64,000 nucleotides of DNA, taken from Deinococcales bacterium. GTDB taxonomy: Bacteria > Deinococcota > Deinococci > Deinococcales > JAAFIG01. Location: the NCBI GenBank assembly GCA_043775825.1, contig JAYVRX010000108.1:1764-65763 (forward strand), in the 5' to 3' direction. Within the stretch, counting starts at the first letter, position 1; each line of letters opens with the position of its first letter. A program made the translations under genes and the position numbers. The notes under the pieces are model-generated. The model was not told the origin of the DNA. It saw only the letters and a program-made list of their open reading frames with translations, and searched no databases. Positions 38,375 to 47,673 of this stretch are shown here, piece by piece.

Positions 38375-39754
38375 TTATTCCTGAGCTTCAATGCGGTTAA
38401 AGCCTTTTGGCGCTCCGACCTTATCCGCAATCACATTCTCGAGGTACTTCACCACGTTTTTTAATGGCACACGGTTCAGCACATCCTCGAGGAACGCCGT
38501 GACCAGCATTTTCTCGGCAATTGGCTTGGGAATGCCCCTCGAGCGCAAGTAAAAGAGTTCCTGCGCGTCCACAGGACCTGTGGTGCTGCCGTGAGAGCAC
38601 CGCACATCGTTGGCGTTGATCTCGAGTTGCGGCACGCTGTCGGTTCGCGCTTCATCGGACAGCAACAACGTGCGGTTTTTCTGGTACGCATCGGTTTTTT
38701 GGGCGTTCAATTCGACTTTAATCAAACCCGAAAACACAGCCCTTGCCTTGTCCGTCACAACACCCTTGAACAACAAATCTGAGTGTGCTCGAGGTTTGAG
38801 GTGATGCTGAAGCGTGTAATGGTCAAAATGCTGGTCTTTGTCGGCAAAGTACACCGCCAGCATTTCTGAATTCGAGTTTTCAGACAGTGCCGTCTGAACT
38901 TCCGAACGACTCAGCGTCGCGCCCATTGTGACGTACAAACTGTTCAGAGTCGCATCACGCTCGAGGTTCGATTTGATGCGTTGAATGTGCGTGAAACCGC
39001 GACCCCAGTTTTGAATCGCCACGTAACGCAAGTTTGCGCCCTTGCCCAAGAACAATTCGACCACGCCAAAGTTTGCGGCTTTCAAATCTGGGCTGTCCTG
39101 CTCGTCAATGTACGTGACTTTCGCGTTGTCCTCGAGCACCACCAACGTCCGAGAAGCCGTAAACGTTCCTTCCTGGTCGAGGTAACGGAAACCACCGAGC
39201 GGCAACTCGAGTTCGACATTTTTGGGCACGTACAAGAAAAAACCGTTGTCCCAAAGCGCGGCGTTCAGTGCCGTGAACTTGTCTTCGTCTAAATTAGGAA
39301 TCGCCTCGTAACGCTCGAGCGCCTGCGCGGTTGGGGCTGGGTACGCCGCGCCCACGACGCTGTACAAATACTTTTGCACCAATTCAGGATGTTTTTCGAT
39401 GGCTGTCTTTAAATCCGTGAAAATAACGCCTTTTGCCGCCAGTTCCGCAGGTACATCCTTAAAAATCACGCTTGAACCAGAAAGCACAATCCGTCCTGCT
39501 GCGTCCGTAGAGGAGAGACGATCACGAATTTTCGTGGGCAGTTCATCTAGGCTCGAGACTGCTGGTACGGGTTGGGCTGGACTGAAATTCTCGGGTTTGA
39601 ACCGTCGCAGGTTGGTGTACTTCCAAGATTCCACAGCCGTCGTTGGGATTTTACGGTCATGGTAAATCTCGAGGGCGGAAAGTCGGGCGGACTCGAGCCA
39701 TGCGGGTTCGTTGAGGCTCGAGATGGTGAAGGGGGATTGGGTTAATTGGGTCAT
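38375..39754 (-). CDS. sufD: Fe-S cluster assembly protein SufD
   Basis: ESWKYT, AVFSG.I, QKTDAYQ, PQLEI.ANDVRCSHG, FYLRSRGI. Confidence 0.9.
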   Translation of the reverse strand: MTQLTQSPFTISSLNEPAWLESARLSALEIYHDRKIPTTAVESWKYTNLRRFKPENFSPAQPVPAVSSLDELPTKIRDRLSSTDAAGRIVLSGSSVIFKDVPAELAAKGVIFTDLKTAIEKHPELVQKYLYSVVGAAYPAPTAQALERYEAIPNLDEDKFTALNAALWDNGFFLYVPKNVELELPLGGFRYLDQEGTFTASRTLVVLEDNAKVTYIDEQDSPDLKAANFGVVELFLGKGANLRYVAIQNWGRGFTHIQRIKSNLERDATLNSLYVTMGATLSRSEVQTALSENSNSEMLAVYFADKDQHFDHYTLQHHLKPRAHSDLLFKGVVTDKARAVFSGLIKVELNAQKTDAYQKNRTLLLSDEARTDSVPQLEINANDVRCSHGSTTGPVDAQELFYLRSRGIPKPIAEKMLVTAFLEDVLNRVPLKNVVKYLENVIADKVGAPKGFNRIEAQE

Positions 39755-39775
39755 ATTAGATTCCTTAAAACATGA

Positions 39776-40180
39776 TTATTTTTTTAATTTTTTTACAGCA
39801 AAATCGCCAAGTTTAACATCTTCGATTTCTCGATCAAAGGTTTCACCAGGCGTAGTTATTTCAGTTACTGGATTTTCACCGAGAAAATTGAACAAAGTTC
39901 CGCCTGAAGTCCTTTTAATCTCTCTTTTATCAGGTCTTTTGGAAATCTCAATTGATCTAATGGTTGTTATATTGTCTTGAATATGTACTGGAGAGGCTTG
40001 TCCTTTAAATATTTCAAGCTTTTCAAGCTCTTTATTAGTCTCAGGATCAATTATTATTTCACCTATTTCAATAATTGAAAATACATCTCCTTTTAAAACC
40101 CCATCTTTTGAACCCTGATTTATTACAAATTTAAATCCATCAATAACTTTAACAATTTTTGGACTATTTTCAGGTATCAT
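39776..40180 (-). CDS. Hypothetical protein, FlgT-C-terminal-like beta barrel, AT-rich
   Basis: VINQGSKDGVLKGDVF...IIDPETNKEL pattern; overlaps the upstream gene. Confidence 0.6.
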   Translation of the reverse strand: MIPENSPKIVKVIDGFKFVINQGSKDGVLKGDVFSIIEIGEIIIDPETNKELEKLEIFKGQASPVHIQDNITTIRSIEISKRPDKREIKRTSGGTLFNFLGENPVTEITTPGETFDREIEDVKLGDFAVKKLKK

Positions 40181-40676
40181 TTAAACCTACCTCCTCAAAC
40201 ATTTTAATCATTTCTAAGGTTATCGAATTTCTAAAAAATAACTTTTCTAAAGTTTTTGTATGATCTTTTTTTAAGTATTTTAATGGTTTTATCTGTAGAT
40301 AATCGCTTTGTGTCCACTGAACTGATCCAATAAAAACAGGAATTTCAAATTCTGAATCTTTTTCGTAGCAAACAGCTACAACGTTATTTGAAAATATTGG
40401 ATTTTTTCTAACAAGATACAGATTATATTTTTCTTCATACATAAAAGGGACTGCGTAGTCAAATATTTCACGAGTTTCATTTTTTTGTGTAAAAATATGA
40501 CTTAGGAGAACTGAGATAAGAATCAAAGAAAGAGTTGCCGAAAAAAGCAATATTTTCACTGGTATCTGAGAATTCACATCGACAAACATAGTCACAATAC
40601 TTGACATAAATCCTAAAACGCCAATAAGTATTGATAATCCGTTAATTGAGAAGGCAAATTTCGTAATTTTTGTCAT
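40170..40676 (-). CDS. Hypothetical membrane protein (2 N-terminal TM helices + beta domain), AT-rich
   Basis: 168-aa ORF in very AT-rich DNA; two hydrophobic helices at about residues 9-58. Confidence 0.65.
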   Translation of the reverse strand: MTKITKFAFSINGLSILIGVLGFMSSIVTMFVDVNSQIPVKILLFSATLSLILISVLLSHIFTQKNETREIFDYAVPFMYEEKYNLYLVRKNPIFSNNVVAVCYEKDSEFEIPVFIGSVQWTQSDYLQIKPLKYLKKDHTKTLEKLFFRNSITLEMIKMFEEVGLNDT

Positions 40677-40725
40677 GTTTACAATTCTTTATACTTAATG
40701 AATTTATATTTGAATTTCAACAGCT

Positions 40726-41018
40726 AAATTTGGTAATTACTCAACCCACCCCTCGTTATGAAACTATCGTGCTGCACGCGCTTGAAAATAGCCAAATTTT
40801 GCGAATTTATTCCCTCGAAATAAACCAAATTGAGTCTTCAATTTAATTTCGCCGTTCAGTACAGCATGGAACTAATTTTTATTGAAACCCTTGAGAATCA
40901 AGGAGTGATTTATTCTTAGATTTTCGATAAGGTGCGTTTAAAGTAAGAATCGTTTTGAGTACGCTATTTTTACTTAAATGCGAGTTGGAGTTATTCGGGT
41001 TGAGTAGTTACTAAATTT
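40726..41018. mobile_element. Putative MITE / IS remnant with imperfect terminal inverted repeats
   Basis: AAATTTGGTAATTACTCAACCC (40726..40747) vs GGGTTGAGTAGTTACTAAATTT (40997..41018): 20/22 inverted match; no ORF of 60 aa or more inside. Confidence 0.55.
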
Positions 41019-41086
41019 GAGTAGATTTACTAAAAAATGTAAAAATGTACTTTCTAATTTTTAGAGTCTGCAAAAAATCGAATTTT

Positions 41087-41299
41087 TTACTTAAACCAAG
41101 TTGTGCTGCCAAATTCTTTGGTTGTAGTTTTGCCATTTAAAATTTCAGTCAGTCCTTCTTGAATTGCTTTAGCTTCTTCAGCACTTAACTCTTCGTTTCC
41201 AGCAGGATGAACACTTAAAAGTAATTAGTACTCTTCGAGAGGCAATAAAATAAAGGTTCGCCCTATTTCATTGGTAATTTGTTGATGTGCTGCGATCAT
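41087..41299 (-). pseudogene. Pseudogenised paralog of antitoxin 41682..41939
   Basis: MIAAHQQITNEIGRTFILLPLEEY*LLLSVHPAGNEELSAEEA aligns with MIAG...IVLPLEEYQALLGIYPDDDEELTEEA; in-frame TAA at 41227..41225 replaces Gln; AGGAGG RBS retained. Confidence 0.75.
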
Positions 41300-41406
41300 T
41301 CTTACCTCCTAAAAATTTAATTCTCGAGATTACGCAAACTCGAGTTCTGCTGTTCTGCCTGGTGTTGGGTCTTGTGCAACTACAGCTTTCACCAATGCCT
41401 TGCGTC

Positions 41407-41685
41407 TTACTTTATCTTGTAAATATTTTTACGATGTCCAACTTTACGAACTTCCAACAAGTGTCCGTCTCGAACAAAAATGACCCGTAAATTCCCAAAA
41501 CTTAAACGGTAATGCCCCTTAAATTCACCCTGCATTTGTTTTATATCACCTCGAGCTTCCGCGCAAAGACTTAGAAGAGCATCCCAAACTTGTTCTTGTT
41601 CAAAGCGTTCGAGTTTACTAAATTCTTTTTCGGCGCGTTTCACAAATTGTAAGTAATAAGGTACATCTCGAGGGTTAATACTCAT
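41407..41685 (-). CDS. RelE/ParE family toxin
   Basis: KRAEKEFSKL, DIKQMQG, YRLSFGNLRVIF, VGHRKNIY. Confidence 0.85.
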   Translation of the reverse strand: MSINPRDVPYYLQFVKRAEKEFSKLERFEQEQVWDALLSLCAEARGDIKQMQGEFKGHYRLSFGNLRVIFVRDGHLLEVRKVGHRKNIYKIK

Positions 41686-41939
41686 GGTTTGATTGGGAAT
41701 TGTTGAGAGAGATTGAACTTAATTTGCATTTCTTCAGCGCTAACAACAGCATTACTGTTGCTTTCTTCGGTAGCAAGTCGTAAATCAAGTGCGGCTTCTT
41801 CGGTTAATTCTTCATCATCGTCTGGGTAAATGCCTAAAAGTGCTTGGTATTCCTCGAGCGGCAACACAATATGGGTTTTATTTCCTCGAGCATCACTGAG
41901 ATACTGGTGATTATCTTGTTCTTGAATACCTGCGATCAT
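41682..41939 (-). CDS. Acidic antitoxin (cognate of RelE-like toxin)
   Basis: YLSDARGNKTHIVLPLEEY motif, acidic tail, 4-nt overlap with the toxin. Confidence 0.7.
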   Translation of the reverse strand: MIAGIQEQDNHQYLSDARGNKTHIVLPLEEYQALLGIYPDDDEELTEEAALDLRLATEESNSNAVVSAEEMQIKFNLSQQFPIKP

Positions 41940-41981
41940 GTTTTGCTCCTTTCAATTATGCAAACTCGAGCTTTACTGCTC

Positions 41982-42161
41982 TTACAAATATTGAATGTTT
42001 TCCATAAAAGCAGCGCGTTCTTCTTCGGTACTGTCAGCTAATTCTCGAGCGAGTCGCTTCAGATTTTCTCGGCGGTGTTGCAAAAGAATTTGGTTGAGCC
42101 ATTCAAGTTCTGCTTCGCTCATTTTCTCAATTTTTTCGTGCAAATGTTCTTTGACACTCAT
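41982..42161 (-). CDS. 59-aa orphan paralog of antitoxin 42630..42896
   Basis: MSVKEHLHEKIEKMSEAELEWLNQILLQHRRENLKRLARELADSTEEERAAFMENIQYL; GAGGTG RBS; shares the N-terminal helix pattern and RENLK.LA...T.E...AF; below the ORF-track cutoff. Confidence 0.65.
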   Translation of the reverse strand: MSVKEHLHEKIEKMSEAELEWLNQILLQHRRENLKRLARELADSTEEERAAFMENIQYL

Positions 42162-42219
42162 GCTTCACCTCGCTTCGTTTAATTCAGCCCATTCAAGAAG
42201 TTTTCCAACATGCCTCGAG

Positions 42220-42633
42220 TTATCCTTGATTTCTTTCAATCCAATTCTCGAGTCGAATGTTCGGAACTCGAGCGAAATGCTTGGTGTTATCTGTCACCAG
42301 AATCGCACTTTGATTTATAGCTGTAGCGGCAATAAGTGTATCTGTATCCTCTAGTAATGTGCCTTGCTTTTTTAAGTGCTGGTAAATTAATACTGCTTGT
42401 TGTATTACGTTTCGATCTAATGGGTAAACAATAATATCTTCAAGCCAATCATGAAATCTCGAGTACTTCTTTTGATAATAGGGGAGTTCTAAACCGCGCT
42501 CAATCTCAAAATAAGTCATATTGCTAATGGTAAGAATGTGTCCGTCACTGTATTTTTGATCGAAAGTATCGGTAATGTTTTGATTTTCATTGACTATTTC
42601 GGAAATAACATTGGTGTCTAAAACGTATTTCAT
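42220..42633 (-). CDS. vapC: VapC family PIN-domain toxin
   Basis: YVLDTNVIS, E, DTLIAATA, LVTDNTKHFARV..L.LENW. Confidence 0.88.
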   Translation of the reverse strand: MKYVLDTNVISEIVNENQNITDTFDQKYSDGHILTISNMTYFEIERGLELPYYQKKYSRFHDWLEDIIVYPLDRNVIQQAVLIYQHLKKQGTLLEDTDTLIAATAINQSAILVTDNTKHFARVPNIRLENWIERNQG

Positions 42634-42896
42634 GGTTGAAATTCAATTGGTTTTCGGCGTAATGGACGACGTTTTACAGCTTCGTTAAACGCAGTTAAAT
42701 CTTCACCTGTTGGTTCGGCTAAGGCTTTCAAGTTTTCTCGAAACCGTTCTATTTCTTTTGGTGTGCGTTGTACTCGAACATCGGGTAAGTCTGGGTATTT
42801 AAATGCAGGGTCAGTGTCAATCACTTTTTTCAGTCGCTCGAGACTTGTTTTGGTCATGTGGTCTATTCGTTCAATGATTTCTTCTCGCATGGTCAT
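42630..42896 (-). CDS. Putative VapB-type antitoxin
   Basis: Start MTMREE at 42896 (GAGGAG RBS); 4-nt overlap with vapC. Confidence 0.65.
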   Translation of the reverse strand: MTMREEIIERIDHMTKTSLERLKKVIDTDPAFKYPDLPDVRVQRTPKEIERFRENLKALAEPTGEDLTAFNEAVKRRPLRRKPIEFQP

Positions 42897-42928
42897 GATT
42901 TCACTCCTCTCGAGCATTCTAAACGGCT

Positions 42929-44356
42929 TTAACCCACTGATCCTTCCATCTCGAGTTCAATCAAACGATTCAACTCCACCGCGTATTCGAGCGGTAATTC
43001 TTTGGCAATCGGTTCAATAAATCCGCGCACGATTAAACCTGTTGCGGCTTCTTCGCTTAACCCTCGAGACATCAGGTAGAACACTTGTTCGTCGTTAATT
43101 TTGCTAACTGTGGCTTCGTGTCCGACGCTGGCGGTTTTTTCTTCAATTTCAATGTACGGGTAGGTGTCAGTGCGGCTGTCGTCATTCAACAAGAGTGCAT
43201 CACATTCGACGTTGCTTTTGGCATTCGTTGCGCCATCATAAATTTTCACCAAACCACGGTAACTCGAGCGTCCAGAGTTTTTCGAGATTGATTTACTAAC
43301 AATGCTCGAGCTTGTGTTTGGTGCGAAATGCACGACTTTACCGCCTGCATCTTGGTGTTGTCCTGTGTTCGCCATTGCAATACTTAAAATTTCACCTCGA
43401 GCGTGTTCCTCGAGTAAGTATGTGGCTGGGTATTTCATGGTGACTTTGCTGCCCAGGTTGCCGTCCACCCATTCCATGTGCGCCCCTTGGTAGACGGCGG
43501 CGCGTTGGGTCACAAGGTTGTAAACGTTGTGTGACCAGTTTTGAATGGTGCTGTACCGCATCCGAGCGTCTTTTTTGACCACAATTTCGATCACGCCGCT
43601 GTGGAAGCTGTCGCTCGAGTAACTAGGTGCGGTGCAACCTTCAATGTAATGCGCGAATGCGCCCTCTTCAATCACGATCAGGGTACGTTCAAACTGCCCT
43701 GAGTTTTCGGCGTTGATGCGGAAGTAGGTTTGCAGTGGAATGTCCACTTTGACGCCTTTTGGCACGTAAACAAAGCTACCGCCTGACCAAACGGCGCTGT
43801 TCAAAGCTGCAAATTTGTTGTCCTCGGGTGGAATCACGGTTGCAAAATACTCGCGGAAGATGTCTGGATGCTCGCGCATTCCATCTTCAATCGACAAGAA
43901 GATTACTCCAAGCTTTTCCCATTCTTCCTTGAGGTTGTGATAGACCATTTCCGATTCGTACTGAGCGCCCACACCCGCCAGCATTCCGCGTTCGGCTTCG
44001 GGAATACCGAGTTTATCAAAGGTGCGTTTGATTTCGTCTGGCACATCGTCCCAGGTTCTAGCGTTTAGTTCGTCGGTTGGTTTGATGTAGTAGTAAATAT
44101 TCTCGAGGTCAAGTGCGCTTAAATCTGCGCCCCAAGTTGGAATTGGTTTGGAATTGTAAATATCAAGTGCCTTAAGCCTAAACTCGAGCATCCAGGCGGG
44201 TTCGTTTTTGGCGCTCGAGATCATTTTGACCACATCGGCGGATAAGCCTTTTGGGGCTTTGATCGTGTACTTTTCGGGCTGCGACCAGCCGTATTCGTAA
44301 CCGTCGTTGATTTTGGCGACTTCTGGGTTGGGTAGGTTGTCGGTGTATTGTGTCAT
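42929..44356 (-). CDS. sufB: Fe-S cluster assembly protein SufB
   Basis: [50 protein letters not shown]. Confidence 0.95.
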   Translation of the reverse strand: MTQYTDNLPNPEVAKINDGYEYGWSQPEKYTIKAPKGLSADVVKMISSAKNEPAWMLEFRLKALDIYNSKPIPTWGADLSALDLENIYYYIKPTDELNARTWDDVPDEIKRTFDKLGIPEAERGMLAGVGAQYESEMVYHNLKEEWEKLGVIFLSIEDGMREHPDIFREYFATVIPPEDNKFAALNSAVWSGGSFVYVPKGVKVDIPLQTYFRINAENSGQFERTLIVIEEGAFAHYIEGCTAPSYSSDSFHSGVIEIVVKKDARMRYSTIQNWSHNVYNLVTQRAAVYQGAHMEWVDGNLGSKVTMKYPATYLLEEHARGEILSIAMANTGQHQDAGGKVVHFAPNTSSSIVSKSISKNSGRSSYRGLVKIYDGATNAKSNVECDALLLNDDSRTDTYPYIEIEEKTASVGHEATVSKINDEQVFYLMSRGLSEEAATGLIVRGFIEPIAKELPLEYAVELNRLIELEMEGSVG

Positions 44357-44377
44357 TGACGTGCCTCCTCGAGAGAT

Positions 44378-45154
44378 TTAATCTGCGGCGTTAAAGACTG
44401 GTTTTGGCAGGCTAGCGGCGTAATCTTTGACCCATTCGTAGCCCTGAGCCTCGAGTTTGGTGGCTAGGCTCTTATCGCCTGTTTGGACAATGCGTCCATC
44501 GACCATGATGTGTACTTTGTCGGGTTCGATCATGTCCAGAATTCGTTGGTAGTGCGTGACGATCAGCGCCGAGAAGTTTTCGCCGCGCATGGCATTCACG
44601 CCTTGGCAGACAACTTTTAAGGCATCAATGTCAAGCCCAGAATCGGTTTCGTCCATAATCGCAATGCTCGGCTCGAGCATCAGCATTTGTAAGATTTCGT
44701 TGCGTTTTTTCTCGCCACCAGAAAAGCCTTCGTTTAAATAGCGGTTGACCCAACTTTCGTCCCATTGCAGCAACGCCAAGGACTTCTGGAGTTTGGTGTA
44801 GAACGCCATAAATTGCACTTCTTCGCCGGTGCGGGCTTGAATCGCAAGGCGCAAAAAGTTGGCGACGGTCACACCAGGAATTTCGACTGGGTACTGAAAC
44901 GCCAAGAAAACGCCTTTGCGGGCGCGTTCATCGGCTTCCATGGTAAGGATATTCTCGCCGTCCAAGAGCACTTCGCCGCGTTCGACCACGTACTCGGGTG
45001 CGCCAGCAATGACTTTGGCGAGGGTGCTTTTACCGTTGCCGTTCGGTCCCATAATGGCGTGAATTTCGCCGCGTGGAATGGTTAAATTAACGCCATTCAG
45101 GATCATTTCTCCGTTGACGCTTGCCCATAAGTCTTTGATGATGAGTTCTTTCAT
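44378..45154 (-). CDS. sufC: Fe-S cluster assembly ATPase SufC
   Basis: [45 protein letters not shown]. Confidence 0.95.
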   Translation of the reverse strand: MKELIIKDLWASVNGEMILNGVNLTIPRGEIHAIMGPNGNGKSTLAKVIAGAPEYVVERGEVLLDGENILTMEADERARKGVFLAFQYPVEIPGVTVANFLRLAIQARTGEEVQFMAFYTKLQKSLALLQWDESWVNRYLNEGFSGGEKKRNEILQMLMLEPSIAIMDETDSGLDIDALKVVCQGVNAMRGENFSALIVTHYQRILDMIEPDKVHIMVDGRIVQTGDKSLATKLEAQGYEWVKDYAASLPKPVFNAAD

Positions 45155-45361
45155 GTTTTCTCCTGAACAATCTCGAGTGATCGTGTCTGGCTCGAGGTTG
45201 ATTGATATGCTGGGTCATTCCGCAATTGAGAATGATTCCTAACTGACCCTAGATTACACCGATAAACAGGGATTCTCAAGTGCTTTAGTCAGGATTCAAA
45301 AGGCTATTGTTTTGTGATCTGCAACTGAACCCAAGATCGGTTTTGGGCGTATCTTTAACGT

Positions 45362-45910
45362 ATGAATAACGCTGAAAATTGGGAAGTGGCAACCTTTGGC
45401 GGGGGTTGCTTTTGGTGTCTCGAGCCACTGTTCGATAATTTTAAGGGTGTAACGGACGTGGTCAGTGGTTATGCGGGCGGGCATACCGTCAACCCAACAT
45501 ACCAACAGGTTTGTGCTGAAACCACTGGTCACGCCGAGGTTATTCAGGTTAAGTTCGATCCGAGCGTTGTGTCCTATCAAGAGTTGCTCGAGGTGTTTTT
45601 TACCATGCACGACCCGACCACGCTCAACCGTCAGGGCAACGATGTCGGAGAGTCTTACCGCTCGATCATTTTGGACCACAATGCCAAACAGCTCGAGACG
45701 GCAAAAACGGTGATTGCGAACTTTGAGCAACAAAAAGTTTGGGATCACAAATTTGTCACGCAACTTGCGCCGTACACGGTGTTTTATTTAGCCGAGGATT
45801 ACCATCAAGAATATTTTGCTCGCAATCCTGGTCAGGGTTACTGTCGAATCATTGTTGCGCCCAAGGTTGCAAAGTTTCGTAAGGTGTTTCTCGAGAAATT
45901 AAAGGTCTAA
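45362..45910 (+). CDS. msrA: Peptide-methionine (S)-S-oxide reductase
   Basis: GGGCFWC, TGHAEV, HDPTTLNRQGND, AEDYHQ. Confidence 0.95.
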   Translation: MNNAENWEVATFGGGCFWCLEPLFDNFKGVTDVVSGYAGGHTVNPTYQQVCAETTGHAEVIQVKFDPSVVSYQELLEVFFTMHDPTTLNRQGNDVGESYRSIILDHNAKQLETAKTVIANFEQQKVWDHKFVTQLAPYTVFYLAEDYHQEYFARNPGQGYCRIIVAPKVAKFRKVFLEKLKV

Positions 45911-45953
45911 CCAGATTCCTTTGTAACCTCTGGTTATTGATAGAATTCGTGGC

Positions 45954-46709
45954 ATGGGTTACATCACATCACTTTTCTCAAATGGACCACTCGGGATAAT
46001 TTACGGCGCTCTGATCTTGTACTGCTTATATCACGCCATCTCGAGGCGTTCTGAACCTTACTGGTTTTTCTTGATTTTATTTATTCCAGCCATCGGTGGA
46101 ATCGCTTATTTTGTCATGGAGGTTTTGCCAGATTTGCGCCGTGGCAACCTCAGCATTGATACCAGCGCGTTTCAAAGTTCTAACTCGAGAATCTTAAACA
46201 AAGAACGTGCGCTGGAGGAAATGGACACGCTCGATAACCGCATGAATTTGGCTCGAGAGTACAAGTTGGCGGGTCGGCTCGAGGATGCCAAGAGAATGCT
46301 CGAGTCCGTCTCGAGCATTCATCAACAAGACCCTTACGTGCGGTACGAACTGGCAGATTTATACTTTCGGGAAAACAATTTGCCAACCACCAAAGAAATT
46401 TTATTGGCGGTGCTCGAGAGCTGCCCTGAGGAGTTGCGCTACCGCGCGAAATTACTTCTTGCCCGAACGTTAGACGGTTTGGCTGAACTCGAGGCTGCCG
46501 AAAGGTATTACCGTGAAGCCACCACGTACTTTACTGGAGAGGAAGCCAGGGCGCGATTGGCACAGTTTTTGATCGCTCAAAACCGCAAAGATGAAGCCAA
46601 AAAGTCGCTCGAGGGCATTTTGCGCAATTACAAGCGCTCGGCGAGTGTTTATCAACGTCAGCAACGTGAATGGTTTGATTTGGCTGGAAAACTCTTGAAA
46701 GAGCTTTAA
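45954..46709 (+). CDS. Membrane-anchored TPR protein
   Basis: Two N-terminal TM helices (W...ILFIP..G...YF..EVLP) followed by TPR-like helices. Confidence 0.7.
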   Translation: MGYITSLFSNGPLGIIYGALILYCLYHAISRRSEPYWFFLILFIPAIGGIAYFVMEVLPDLRRGNLSIDTSAFQSSNSRILNKERALEEMDTLDNRMNLAREYKLAGRLEDAKRMLESVSSIHQQDPYVRYELADLYFRENNLPTTKEILLAVLESCPEELRYRAKLLLARTLDGLAELEAAERYYREATTYFTGEEARARLAQFLIAQNRKDEAKKSLEGILRNYKRSASVYQRQQREWFDLAGKLLKEL

Positions 46710-47662
46710 ACGATCCGTCTCGAGCGTTCGCTCCAAGCAATGCTCGAGAGCAATAAAAGACCAGCCAGTGCCGCAAAAATTCCAGTGATTTCACCTGGTT
46801 TGGTTGACCAACCGATACTGCGCCCTAAACCCTGATAAATGCTGTTGAGTTGCCCACTCGAGCGGGCTTCAAAATACTTGCCGCCCGTGGTGTCGGCAAT
46901 GGTCTTCAGAATTTCGGGGTCAAAACCGACCATCATGCCGCCGCCCTGAAAGTCAATTGAACCGGCGTCCGTACCAAGCCCGACTGTGTAAACCTTAACG
47001 TCTTTGTTACGCACCTCGGCGGCAATCTCGAGCGGTTCGGGTGGGCGGTTGTTGCGTCCATCGGTAAGCAACACGATTGCAGCGGGAGGTAAGCGTTGCC
47101 CACGCACGATTTTGGCTTTCTCGCCACGTTCGGGCAGGGCTTGGGTAGCAATTTGTAAACCTGCGCCAATAGCCGTTCCGCGTCCAAGTGAAAGTTGGTC
47201 TATCGCATCCAGGACTGTGCTGTGATCGCTGGTTGGTTCGACGTTGACGGCGGCATAACCACTAAAACTGACCAGTCCAATTTTTGTGCCTGCCGGAAGT
47301 TGCTTGATAAAAATTCGGGCGGCGTCTTGGGCAGCCTCGAACCTCGAGGGTTTGATGTCGTCGGCTCGCATCGACAAGGAAACGTCAATTGCCAGCATGA
47401 TCGTGGTTTTGTTGTCAGGTACGGGTAAGGCTGCCGTCGGACGGGCGAGCGCAAAAATGCCCAAACCCACTGCCAGCAAATACAAAATCGCGGGAATATC
47501 ACGGTTTCTCGAGAACGTTGGGGTGCTGACAGACTTCAAAAACTCGAGGTCAGGGTGAAAGACCACGCTTTCGGCTGGGAGTTTCTGGTCGCGCCAGTAC
47601 CACCACATCAAAAATGGCACGATCACCAAGAGCACAAGTTGAAAGGGCCAAAGAAAATTCAT
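46706..47662 (-). CDS. vWA domain protein (BatA-like)
   Basis: Start MNFLWP at 47662 (AAGGAG RBS); ALARP, MIDAS DVSLS, GTAIG, LLTDG, TGGKYF. Confidence 0.85.
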   Translation of the reverse strand: MNFLWPFQLVLLVIVPFLMWWYWRDQKLPAESVVFHPDLEFLKSVSTPTFSRNRDIPAILYLLAVGLGIFALARPTAALPVPDNKTTIMLAIDVSLSMRADDIKPSRFEAAQDAARIFIKQLPAGTKIGLVSFSGYAAVNVEPTSDHSTVLDAIDQLSLGRGTAIGAGLQIATQALPERGEKAKIVRGQRLPPAAIVLLTDGRNNRPPEPLEIAAEVRNKDVKVYTVGLGTDAGSIDFQGGGMMVGFDPEILKTIADTTGGKYFEARSSGQLNSIYQGLGRSIGWSTKPGEITGIFAALAGLLLLSSIAWSERSRRIV

Positions 47663-47673
47663 GACATGCTCCT

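Noticed and set aside
39755-42928. Integron or prophage explanation for the suf insertion
   Set aside because: No integrase, attC-like sites or phage genes are visible.
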